Source: an uncultured Methanosarcinales archaeon
GTDB lineage: Archaea > Nanobdellota > Nanobdellia > Woesearchaeales > ARS49
Length of the DNA stretch: 64,000 bases
Assembly (NCBI GenBank): GCA_964354285.1
Contig: CAYGYR010000001.1
Coordinates: forward strand, 518,424 to 582,423
Reading direction: 5' to 3'
A program made the position numbers and the translations under genes. The notes under the pieces were generated by a model. It saw nothing but the letters and a program-made list of their open reading frames with translations, did no database searches and was not told where the DNA came from. Below, piece after piece: positions 56,135 through 64,000 of the stretch; within the stretch, counting starts at the first letter, position 1; every line of letters starts with the position of its first letter.

Positions 56135-56629
56135 TTATCTTATGTCTGAGTGCTCAAGAAATTTAATGATTTTTTTAAATTTGTCTTCTAAAAATCTCAC
56201 ATCTGCTTTCTTTATCCTTTTTTTGTTGTATTTTAGAAAAAATCTTAGAACACCTGGTTCAATCCAGCACAATTTATCTGCTGTTTTTATTATTTTGCCT
56301 TCAACTGTTTTTGGTTTTTTGGAAGAACCATGATTTAATATACAATCTTCCAGCTTAGAATCAACTCTAAATCCGCTCTTTTTCAAAATATTAACACTAT
56401 GAAATGCATGATCTTCAGAAGAGATAGTTCTTCCTATATCATGCAAATTAGCTGCAATCACTAATGTTTTTCTGTCAACCTTTCTTTTTTCAGCTAGAAT
56501 AAGCGCAGTTTCTCTTACTTGTTTCATATGCGCAAGAAAGATCTCCTTGTCCTTAGCAGATTTAACCTTGCCAAATAACTGCTTAGCAAATTGTTCAGAA
56601 CTTTTAATAGTTAAAGTTAATTTTTTCAT
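56135..56629 (-). CDS. HD-domain phosphohydrolase
   Basis: H...HD...H...H...D pattern (ANLHDIGR). Confidence 0.6.
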   Translation of the reverse strand: MKKLTLTIKSSEQFAKQLFGKVKSAKDKEIFLAHMKQVRETALILAEKRKVDRKTLVIAANLHDIGRTISSEDHAFHSVNILKKSGFRVDSKLEDCILNHGSSKKPKTVEGKIIKTADKLCWIEPGVLRFFLKYNKKRIKKADVRFLEDKFKKIIKFLEHSDIR

Positions 56630-56755
56630 AATATTAAATAACTTAACTCAATATTTAAACATTTCCAAAGTTTCTCATCAAATGATACAAAAATCATAGA
56701 TATCTGTGAGGGGCTATCGATTCTTTTCTTCCAGCCCTAAATTCAACTCTTAGAA

Positions 56756-56962
56756 TCATCCCAAAAGCTCCTTATATCCTTCCAGGTTTTTTAGTCCATA
56801 TGCGCTGATTATTTTTTCCCTGCCTTTTGGCTCTTTTAGAAGTCTTTCAATAAATTTCTGTGATTTGGCAAATTGCGCATTAATGAATTCTGTGTGAATC
56901 TTTTTCCATTTATCAGGGTTTTCTTTCATAAATCTTATCCAGCGGTCAATTTCTTCGCTCAT
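56756..56962 (-). CDS. Small helical hypothetical protein, coupled to the upstream nucleotidyltransferase-like gene
   Basis: 68-aa ORF with a 4-nt overlap. Confidence 0.3.
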   Translation of the reverse strand: MSEEIDRWIRFMKENPDKWKKIHTEFINAQFAKSQKFIERLLKEPKGREKIISAYGLKNLEGYKELLG

Positions 56963-57516
56963 GATAATCTTAGCCTTCTTATCATTTTTTTAATATGATT
57001 GATGTTATCTTCACTGATTTGCTCGGCATATATCTTTCTTAAATGCTCTGCATCTTTTAAATCCTTCTCTGATTTCAATAGTTCTTCCTTAAATGCTATA
57101 TTCATGTCTATGCTGCTGAACCAGACATCAAGGCCGGTCAAAGGCAGCTTCGTTCTTGTCCTGATTTGAAACTCATCCAGATCATCTTTTACAAACTTGA
57201 TTTCCATCTCTGGCAAAGGCTGGTTTCTTAGCGTGTAGCGCACTGCTATTTTATCTTTTAAGTAATCGAATATCTCTTCTTCTGAATCAGACTGCATGCA
57301 CGTAAATCCTCCTTTTATTAAGTCCTGGTGCAGCCTCTTGAATCTTTCAAAATCGAGTTTTTCAATAATCATATCAATGTCTTCTGTTGCCCTGCTTCTT
57401 CCAGAGCTTATTGCAACAAATCCTGAAACAATTATGTACTTGCAGTGCTTATCTATTATAGAACAAAACTTAATACAAAAATCATCCAATATATTTTTAT
57501 CATCTATTGCGCGCAT
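56959..57516 (-). CDS. Minimal nucleotidyltransferase-fold protein (putative)
   Basis: GFVAISSGRSRATEDIDMII resembles the GS...D.D motif of pol-beta-type nucleotidyltransferases. Confidence 0.4.
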   Translation of the reverse strand: MRAIDDKNILDDFCIKFCSIIDKHCKYIIVSGFVAISSGRSRATEDIDMIIEKLDFERFKRLHQDLIKGGFTCMQSDSEEEIFDYLKDKIAVRYTLRNQPLPEMEIKFVKDDLDEFQIRTRTKLPLTGLDVWFSSIDMNIAFKEELLKSEKDLKDAEHLRKIYAEQISEDNINHIKKMIRRLRLS

Positions 57517-57569
57517 AATTCTTATTAAAGAATTTGCTCTTATAAACTTTTCTAATGAACTTGATTAAA

Positions 57570-57959
57570 TCAGAAATTAATCTTAACAATCGCTTCTGAG
57601 CAATATGGGCAGCTGCCTGGCTTTTTCCTGATTACACTGTATTTGAAAGAATACTTGCAGTGAGGGCAGGTGTATTTTACATACTCTGAATCAATCTTCT
57701 CAACAGCAGCGGCAGGTGTCTGCTTTGTTTTTGCCTTAACAGCCCTTTCAAGATAGTCATCTTCCTTGTCCCACCCAGCTGGCTTTGGAACAGATATTTC
57801 CTGCGTTGGCTCTTCCTTATGGACAAAACATTTGTTTTTGTCTTTTATGCATGCAGGGCAGACCATTGTCTTAAATGAGTGGTCTAGCACAAACTCCTCT
57901 GAGTTTGCCATTCTCCCGCAATTCTTGCATTTGACCTTTATTGCTGATGAATCAAACAT
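57570..57959 (-). CDS. Double zinc-ribbon protein
   Basis: CKNC...CPAC and CPHC...CPYC pairs. Confidence 0.4.
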   Translation of the reverse strand: MFDSSAIKVKCKNCGRMANSEEFVLDHSFKTMVCPACIKDKNKCFVHKEEPTQEISVPKPAGWDKEDDYLERAVKAKTKQTPAAAVEKIDSEYVKYTCPHCKYSFKYSVIRKKPGSCPYCSEAIVKINF

Positions 57960-57983
57960 ATTAGCATTGTTAACTCAACTGAT

Positions 57984-58772
57984 TTAAATATTTTTCTGAA
58001 TACCTATTTTTTTCTCAAGAAATTGCCTTTCTGCATGCATAAATTCCCCTTCTTTTATTTCAAGATCTTTTAATTGAAGATTGCCAATCGCAACTCTTTC
58101 TAGCTGCAAAACCTTGTTTCCAGCTGCCTGGAAGATTCTTCTTGCCTCTCTTTTTTTACCTTCAAATAACGTGAGTGTAAGATTTTTATCAGAGCCATTG
58201 TCCATAGTTATCCTGCATCCTTTTGTCTTGTACTTTGTTATCTTGCCGTTCTCCTCAAGCTCGATTATGATTCCTTTCTCAATTTTTGCAATCGCTTCTT
58301 TATCAAGAGGCTTTTCCAAAACCGCATGATATATCTTTGAAACATCATACTTTGGGTTTGTCATCTTTGTGCAGAATTTGCCATCATTTGTTATCATGAT
58401 CAATCCAGATGTATCCTCGTCAAGCCTTCCGACACTGAAAAGGGTCTTTTTTGTTTTTTCATCAAGATTTTTGTCTTTTTCAATTATATCAAACATGCTT
58501 TTCTTTCCAAGCTTTTTGTCCATCGCAGTCAAGCGGGAAGAAAGATATCCTTCTGGCTTGTTAAGCAAGAGATAGACAAATCCCTCTACTTCTTTTATTG
58601 GCTGCCCTTTCCAGTAAACTATCCTTTTTCCTGATCTGAATTGGAAGAAAGGGTTGATTACAGGCCTGTCATCTATCTTTATCTCTCCATTTCTTATTGC
58701 CCGAATTAGGTCTACTTTGCTTGCAAACAATCCTGTTTTGCTGAGAAACTGGTGAAGGTAGACTTTTTTCAT
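57984..58772 (-). CDS. Pseudouridine synthase, RsuA/RluB family, with an S4 domain
   Basis: GRLDEDTSGLIMITNDG catalytic motif. Confidence 0.8.
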   Translation of the reverse strand: MKKVYLHQFLSKTGLFASKVDLIRAIRNGEIKIDDRPVINPFFQFRSGKRIVYWKGQPIKEVEGFVYLLLNKPEGYLSSRLTAMDKKLGKKSMFDIIEKDKNLDEKTKKTLFSVGRLDEDTSGLIMITNDGKFCTKMTNPKYDVSKIYHAVLEKPLDKEAIAKIEKGIIIELEENGKITKYKTKGCRITMDNGSDKNLTLTLFEGKKREARRIFQAAGNKVLQLERVAIGNLQLKDLEIKEGEFMHAERQFLEKKIGIQKNI

Positions 58773-58862
58773 TAATCCTGCTTTATGAGTTTCTTTATTT
58801 AAAGTTTTGCCTGTTGTTCTATTTCATACAGCTCTTCTTTAAATAGCTGAAAACCCATTATT

Positions 58863-59348
58863 GTGCACATGACCACTCTAGATGACATTATCATAAAACC
58901 AGCAAACGGCCATGTTTTCGGCAAGAAACAAGGAAGCTTGTTCTGGCCGACAACTTACAAATACAATAGTTCTGACGGCTTGAAGCTAAGGTCAAAGAAA
59001 GAATGCTCCTGGCACAGCCTGCTGTCAAGGGAAGGAATACGGCATACATACGAGCCAAACATTCCTGGAACAAGATACAGGCCTGACTTTGGCGTAGCCA
59101 ATAATTTCCTGCTCGAGATATGCGGAATGGTTGATTTCCCGCAGCACAAAAAAGAAGATACTGCTAAAAAAGCTGAATATAAATCAGACATGGATGCTAA
59201 AAGAAAAGAGTTCATGAAGCTCGGATACAATATTCTTGAGGTTTATTCAAAAGAAGTCCTGCTTAATGGGTATATCCTGAGAAATATAACAGATACCTCT
59301 TTTGTCCTTGCTGTTGTAAAGAAATACAATCCTGGATGCAGGAGTTAG
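58863..59348 (+). CDS. Hypothetical protein, possible PD-(D/E)xK-like fold
   Basis: YRPDF...LLEICGM pattern; weak. Confidence 0.3.
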   Translation: MHMTTLDDIIIKPANGHVFGKKQGSLFWPTTYKYNSSDGLKLRSKKECSWHSLLSREGIRHTYEPNIPGTRYRPDFGVANNFLLEICGMVDFPQHKKEDTAKKAEYKSDMDAKRKEFMKLGYNILEVYSKEVLLNGYILRNITDTSFVLAVVKKYNPGCRS

Positions 59349-59413
59349 AAAATACTTAGTGTGCATCACGATACTGTTCTGGTTAGAAAGCTTTATAAAT
59401 TAATAATGCCTGT

Positions 59414-60166
59414 ATGCCTTCTGGTGGGAGTAAATTGAAGCAAATACTAACTGCATTACTGGTTGCATTGATTTTTATTAGTGGATGTTCTGAAAATACA
59501 CTTGTTGCAAAACCTGTTTCAGAGCTGAATACTGTCACAGAGATAGAAGTTGAGGCAAATGTGACAGATGCAGACGTAGATCCTTGCGCAAAAGTTACCT
59601 GTGATACAAACAGCAAATGCAGCGAGGGCAGCTGTGTTTGCAGTGATGGCTACAAAAAATGCGATGGCAAATGCATTTCAAACAATGCCTGCTGCAAGGA
59701 TGCTGACTGCGGAACAAATAAGATATGCAAGGACAATGTGTGCACTGACACTAACTGCGGATATAGCCAGCTCTATGATCCCCAAAAGAAAACCTGCGTG
59801 TGCAGCGCTGAATCAAAATACTGTGCAATCCAGAAGAAATGCATATCAAAGAAAAGCTGCTGCCAGCATGCAGATTGTGACACGTCTGGAGGATGCACCC
59901 AAACACAATTCTTGGTAAGAGTATGCATGAAAGATGACAAAACAATGTGCAGGGCAATTGCAGAAAAAAAGAAAGATTCTTTTGATATCGGCGGCTTCAA
60001 GTATTATGTTGAGTTCAAGAGTGTGCTTCAAAATGGAAAAATTGATTTGCTTGTCAATGAGAAAGAATTTGTTCTCGCGATTAATGAGATGCAGCCGCTT
60101 GACAGCAGCGTGAAAATGTATGTCGAGAAGTTTGAGACAATCGGCGGCTATTGCAAAGAAGAGTAA
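59414..60166 (+). CDS. Secreted lipoprotein-like protein with Cys-rich repeats
   Basis: LISGCSE lipobox; repeated C-x-DADC-x-T modules. Confidence 0.5.
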   Translation: MPSGGSKLKQILTALLVALIFISGCSENTLVAKPVSELNTVTEIEVEANVTDADVDPCAKVTCDTNSKCSEGSCVCSDGYKKCDGKCISNNACCKDADCGTNKICKDNVCTDTNCGYSQLYDPQKKTCVCSAESKYCAIQKKCISKKSCCQHADCDTSGGCTQTQFLVRVCMKDDKTMCRAIAEKKKDSFDIGGFKYYVEFKSVLQNGKIDLLVNEKEFVLAINEMQPLDSSVKMYVEKFETIGGYCKEE

Positions 60167-60289
60167 ATAAGTAATAAACACAAGCTTTTTAAATAAGCAC
60201 AGAATAATTCTACCTATTCAAGAGATGAGCCGGTATATAGCTTGCTCATGCTGGAGAGTTTATTCTCCAAATTAAATGTAACATAGAGG

Positions 60290-60754
60290 GTGAGTCTTAT
60301 GGCTAGAATGCATTCAAGAAGGAAAGGAAAATCAGGAAGCAAGAAACCAATAAAGAAATCAAAGCCAACATGGATAAGATACAAGGCAAAGGAGATAGAG
60401 CTTTTGGCTTCAAAGCTTGCCAAAGAGAACAAAACACCATCTCAGATAGGTATTGTGCTCAGAGACGTTTATGGTATTCCTGACATCAAGCTTATTGCAG
60501 GAAGGACCCTGACAGAAATCCTGAAGGAAAAAGGCCTGCTTAAAGAGCTTCCACAGGACGTGATTGACTTGATGAAACACTCAGTTGCGCTTAAGAAGCA
60601 CATGGGCGCAAACAAGAAAGACATGACAGCAAAACACGGCCTTATGCTCAATGAAAGCAAGATAAAAAGGCTGATAAAGTATTACAAGAGAACCGGAAGA
60701 ATTGCAGTTGAATGGAAATACGACCAATCCAAGCTGAAAATGTATACTGAGTAA
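60290..60754 (+). CDS. rps15: Ribosomal protein S15 (S13e)
   Basis: MARMHSRRKGKSGSKKP N-terminus typical of archaeal S15. Confidence 0.85.
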   Translation: MSLMARMHSRRKGKSGSKKPIKKSKPTWIRYKAKEIELLASKLAKENKTPSQIGIVLRDVYGIPDIKLIAGRTLTEILKEKGLLKELPQDVIDLMKHSVALKKHMGANKKDMTAKHGLMLNESKIKRLIKYYKRTGRIAVEWKYDQSKLKMYTE

Positions 60755-60788
60755 ATTTTTATTTTTTTATTTAATTTCTTTCCTTTTC

Positions 60789-60913
60789 TAAATCCTCCTT
60801 TGGGTGCCAGAGGCACAGTGACAATTGCATATACTTTTCTTAATCAGCACAATATATTTGCGAGCAGCAAAACTGCTCGCCTCTCTGTCCGTAGGACCTC
60901 AACAAGGACTTAA
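60789..60913 (+). repeat. ~125-nt structured element (copy C), same family as 48810..48936
   Basis: Shared TAAATCCT...GGGTGC...GCACAG.GACAATTGCATAT...CTGTCCG.AGGACCTCA.CAAGGA; stems differ with compensatory changes (GTGCCagaGGCAC; GCGAGCAGcaaaaCTGCTCGC; GTCCgtaGGAC). Confidence 0.5.
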
Positions 60914-60950
60914 AGAAGAATAATCAATAAAAGTTAGAAAAAAAATAAAT

Positions 60951-61220
60951 TTAAAGCAATCCCCTGACGTCGTCTATTCTTATGGCAACATCCTGGCCTT
61001 TCTTTGTGAGTGCCAAGAGCTTCAATCTTCCCTGCTTGTCGAAATTTATCAGGCCTTCGCGTTCCATCTGCTGAAGTATCTTTACAACATGAGAATACGT
61101 GCAGTCAATGTGTTTTGCAAGAGAAGACGCATAAATTTCAGATTTTGCATTTTTCATCTCGACCAGCATCATTGCCGGTTTCTCCCGAAAAAAGACCTTG
61201 AAGATTTCTTTGTTTTTCAC
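60951..61220 (-). CDS. Winged-helix transcription regulator
   Basis: SSLAKHIDCTYSHVVKILQQMEREGLI HTH. Confidence 0.5.
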   Translation of the reverse strand: MKNKEIFKVFFREKPAMMLVEMKNAKSEIYASSLAKHIDCTYSHVVKILQQMEREGLINFDKQGRLKLLALTKKGQDVAIRIDDVRGLL

Positions 61221-61418
61221 TTAGTTTCCCCCTCTCATGCGGTTATATTCTATAATGGATATATTATAGGATATATTTAAACCTTTCGTTTGAATGCATT
61301 TTCCAAACGGATAAAACCAGACCTCTTTTGTAATATCTGTTGTTAGTAAGAGTTTGTATTTAAATGTTTCGAAAAAATCAATTTTAAAAAAAATAAATCA
61401 TTACCTGTTCAAATAAAA

Positions 61419-61688
61419 TCACTTTGCAGCCATTCGTATGTATCCACTTCTTTTCAGCGCTTCCCACATTTTTTGAGCAGCAGGATTTGTTGCCAATATT
61501 GATTTTTCTGTATCTGCATCTGCGATTAAGATAAGTATTTCTGCTTCTGCAAACTCGATTATGGCTGAGACAGGCAAATATCCAGCAATTGCATGATCGC
61601 CAGCATTAAACTCTACAGGCCAGCCTTTTGCTGAAGGATCTCTTGCGCTATGAACACTTATCACAAAGATATTATCTAACCTACCCAT
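61419..61688 (-). CDS. Hypothetical protein
   Basis: ORF only. Confidence 0.3.
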   Translation of the reverse strand: MGRLDNIFVISVHSARDPSAKGWPVEFNAGDHAIAGYLPVSAIIEFAEAEILILIADADTEKSILATNPAAQKMWEALKRSGYIRMAAK

Positions 61689-61816
61689 CTTATGCCTCCA
61701 CGGACAAGCCGTGATTTGTGTAACTTTGTTTGTACTTATAAACTTTTCTTTTCAGTCGGAAACTTTGCGGGGAATCTATGCAAAGACATTTAAATGCTGG
61801 CTGTTTCTAGGAATTC

Positions 61817-63679
61817 ATGAATTTAGGCGAAATATATTTTCCGCATGATAAAATACGGCCAATACAAGACAAGCTGATAGAGCAAGTTGCCAGTGCATTG
61901 AAAAACAAAACACACCTGATAGCTCATGCTCCAACTGGCTTGGGCAAGACTGCAGCTGTCCTGTCTCCGGCACTCGCGCATGCATTAAAGAAAGACGGCT
62001 TTACTGTATTTTTTCTAACATCAAGGCACACGCAGCACAAGATAGTGATTGACACCCTTCTAGAGATAAAGAAAAAATATTCCCTAAATTTCAGCGCAAC
62101 ATCAATCATCGGAAAGAAATGGATGTGCCTTGTTCCAGGGACAGCAACGATGAGGACAGGTGATTTCTCAGAATTCTGCAAGGCACTGAGGGAGGATGGA
62201 AAGTGCGAGTTCTTTGAGAACACAAAACAGAAGAATATGAACTTCCAGAAAACACTTGAGCTGGTAGAGAAAAACTCCCCACAGACAACAGAAGAGATAA
62301 TTGAGCTCTGCGGCAATGAAAAAATCTGCCCATACGAGCTCTCGCTTAAGCTCTCTGCAAAATCAAAAGTGATTGTGTGCGATTATTACTATCTTCTTAA
62401 CCCGCACATAAGAAAAATATTCCTCACAAAAACAGGAAAAACACTTGAGAACTCTATCGTAATAATTGATGAAGGCCACAACCTGCCGTCAAGAATAAGG
62501 GAGCTGCTGACATCAAAAATATCCAATATGCTCATAAAAAAAGCAATCAATGAAGCAAAAAAATTCGGCTTTAGCGACGTAACAACGCTCCTCTCAGAGA
62601 TAGAGGGAATACTTCTCAGGCTGGCTAAGGACATCAAGGCAGGCGAAGGAAACGAGATGCTTGTGCCAAAAGAAAGATTTCTTGACGCGCTCAAAAAAGT
62701 AAATGACTATGATGAACTGCTTGCAAAGCTCGAATTTGCAGGAGACAAGATACTTGAGGAGCAGAAGAAAAGCGCAGTGGGCTCTGTTGCTGCATTCATA
62801 GAGAACTGGCCATTTGGCGATGTCGGCTACTGCAGGTTTGTGAGGAAAAATGGTGATTTCATCATGCTGACGCAAAGGTGCCTAGACCCATCGCTCGCAG
62901 CAAAAGAATTGATTGACAGCTCATACTCGACAATAATAATGTCAGGAACATTGTCTCCAGCAGCAATGTATGCAGACCTTCTCGGCTTCCCAGCAGAAAA
63001 AACAGCAAAAATAGAGCTGCCATCGTCATTTCCCCAGCAAAACAAGCTCGCACTCATTGTCCCCAAGACAACAACAAAATTCACATCAAGAAGCCCAGAA
63101 CAATTCAAGGCAATAGGGGAGATCTGCGCACAAGTCGTTAATACAATCCCAGGAAACTGCGCAATATTCTTCCCTAGCTATTATCTGCGCGATGAGATAA
63201 ACAAATACTTTGAAACACTGTGCGAGAAAACAACATTCCTTGAGCAGCCATCACTGACAAAACAAGAAAAACAAGATTTGATTGACAAGTTCAGGAAATA
63301 CAAGCAGGCAGTCCTTCTTGGGGTTGCAGCAGGAAGCTTTGGCGAGGGAATTGATTTGCCAGGAGTGCTTGACTGCGTAATAATAGTCGGGCTGCCGCTT
63401 GACAAGCCAGACCTTGAGACAAAAGAATTGATTGAATATTATGAAAAGAAATTCAAGAAAGGATGGGATTACGGCTACATAATGCCTGCTTTAACCAAAA
63501 CAATGCAGAATGCAGGAAGATGCATAAGAAGCGAAACAGACAGAGGAGTAATAGTATTCTTAGACCAGAGATACACCTGGCCAAATTACTTCAAAGTATT
63601 CCCTGCTGACTGGAAGATAAGAATAACACTTGATTATTTGAATGAGATAAAAAGATTTTTTGAGAAGGGGAAGAGTTAG
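61817..63679 (+). CDS. xpd: XPD/Rad3-family 5'-3' DNA helicase with an FeS-cluster domain
   Basis: AHAPTGLGKT, four-Cys cluster (CLVPG...C...C...C), DEGHNL box. Confidence 0.9.
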   Translation: MNLGEIYFPHDKIRPIQDKLIEQVASALKNKTHLIAHAPTGLGKTAAVLSPALAHALKKDGFTVFFLTSRHTQHKIVIDTLLEIKKKYSLNFSATSIIGKKWMCLVPGTATMRTGDFSEFCKALREDGKCEFFENTKQKNMNFQKTLELVEKNSPQTTEEIIELCGNEKICPYELSLKLSAKSKVIVCDYYYLLNPHIRKIFLTKTGKTLENSIVIIDEGHNLPSRIRELLTSKISNMLIKKAINEAKKFGFSDVTTLLSEIEGILLRLAKDIKAGEGNEMLVPKERFLDALKKVNDYDELLAKLEFAGDKILEEQKKSAVGSVAAFIENWPFGDVGYCRFVRKNGDFIMLTQRCLDPSLAAKELIDSSYSTIIMSGTLSPAAMYADLLGFPAEKTAKIELPSSFPQQNKLALIVPKTTTKFTSRSPEQFKAIGEICAQVVNTIPGNCAIFFPSYYLRDEINKYFETLCEKTTFLEQPSLTKQEKQDLIDKFRKYKQAVLLGVAAGSFGEGIDLPGVLDCVIIVGLPLDKPDLETKELIEYYEKKFKKGWDYGYIMPALTKTMQNAGRCIRSETDRGVIVFLDQRYTWPNYFKVFPADWKIRITLDYLNEIKRFFEKGKS

Positions 63680-63701
63680 TAAGTGCGGGAAGTTGTTTAT
63701 T

Positions 63702-63914
63702 TCAAATTTTCTTGTGGAATTTTTCTTTTACAATCTTTTTGTATTCATCCTCAGAAACAATGAAGAAATCTTTTCCAGTATATTTGCAATCCAGGCAGTC
63801 CCATCCAAAAAGACCGGTTTGTTCTATCGGATCCCCAAAAGGGATTAGTGTGGATGCTTTAATATGTGTGCTTCCACATTTTGGGCAAAATTGAACATCT
63901 TTTTTCTTAACCAT
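63702..63914 (-). CDS. Zinc-ribbon protein
   Basis: CPKC...CLDC. Confidence 0.4.
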   Translation of the reverse strand: MVKKKDVQFCPKCGSTHIKASTLIPFGDPIEQTGLFGWDCLDCKYTGKDFFIVSEDEYKKIVKEKFHKKI

Positions 63915-64000
63915 ACTTAAATTACAAGATATACTAAATATAAAAAGCTATTGTTGATTTGAGATTGGCAATTGAATATAACATACCTCATTGATGTTAG

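Noticed and set aside
1-64000. CRISPR array, cas genes, integrase or transposase
   Set aside because: No regularly spaced direct repeats of 24-40 nt and no recognisable integrase or transposase motifs were seen anywhere in the window.

Overview
This 64 kb window is a low-GC (roughly 38-40%) archaeal chromosomal segment, and the compact, patchwork gene content is consistent with a small-genome, possibly DPANN-like archaeon (inference). Archaeal hallmarks are the thermosome, Elp3, Spt5, archaeal SecE, the ftsZ-secE-spt5-L11 cluster, two FtsZ paralogs, ATP-dependent DNA ligase, XPD and Ski2/Hel308-type helicases, Rpp21, diphthine synthase, archaeal GluRS and cytidylate kinase. Five tRNAs are present and three of them carry introns. 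Mixed in are clearly bacterial-type genes: a complete sigma-70 (RpoD-like) factor with a lipobox lipoprotein next to tRNA-Arg, a type-I gap-pgk pair, RsuA, a RhlE-like DEAD-box helicase, an internally duplicated PlsX-like gene flanked by two tRNAs, and YdeI/YkgJ/MgtC families. Notable non-coding structure: (1) a recurring ACAAATT/AATTTGT palindrome or direct-repeat motif upstream of several genes; (2) two dense arrays of perfect short hairpins at 6989-8069 in front of a 959-aa orphan protein; (3) a ~125-nt structured element family with compensatory stem changes (two full copies and one partial); (4) hairpin plus T-run terminators; (5) a free-standing LAGLIDADG endonuclease flanked by a duplicated 5' fragment of an intron-containing tRNA-Gln. 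Signs of rearrangement include a Hel308-like gene lacking its N-terminal motor domain, a Dph2 N-terminal remnant, and a duplicated gene tail. No CRISPR array, rRNA gene or integrase/transposase was seen.
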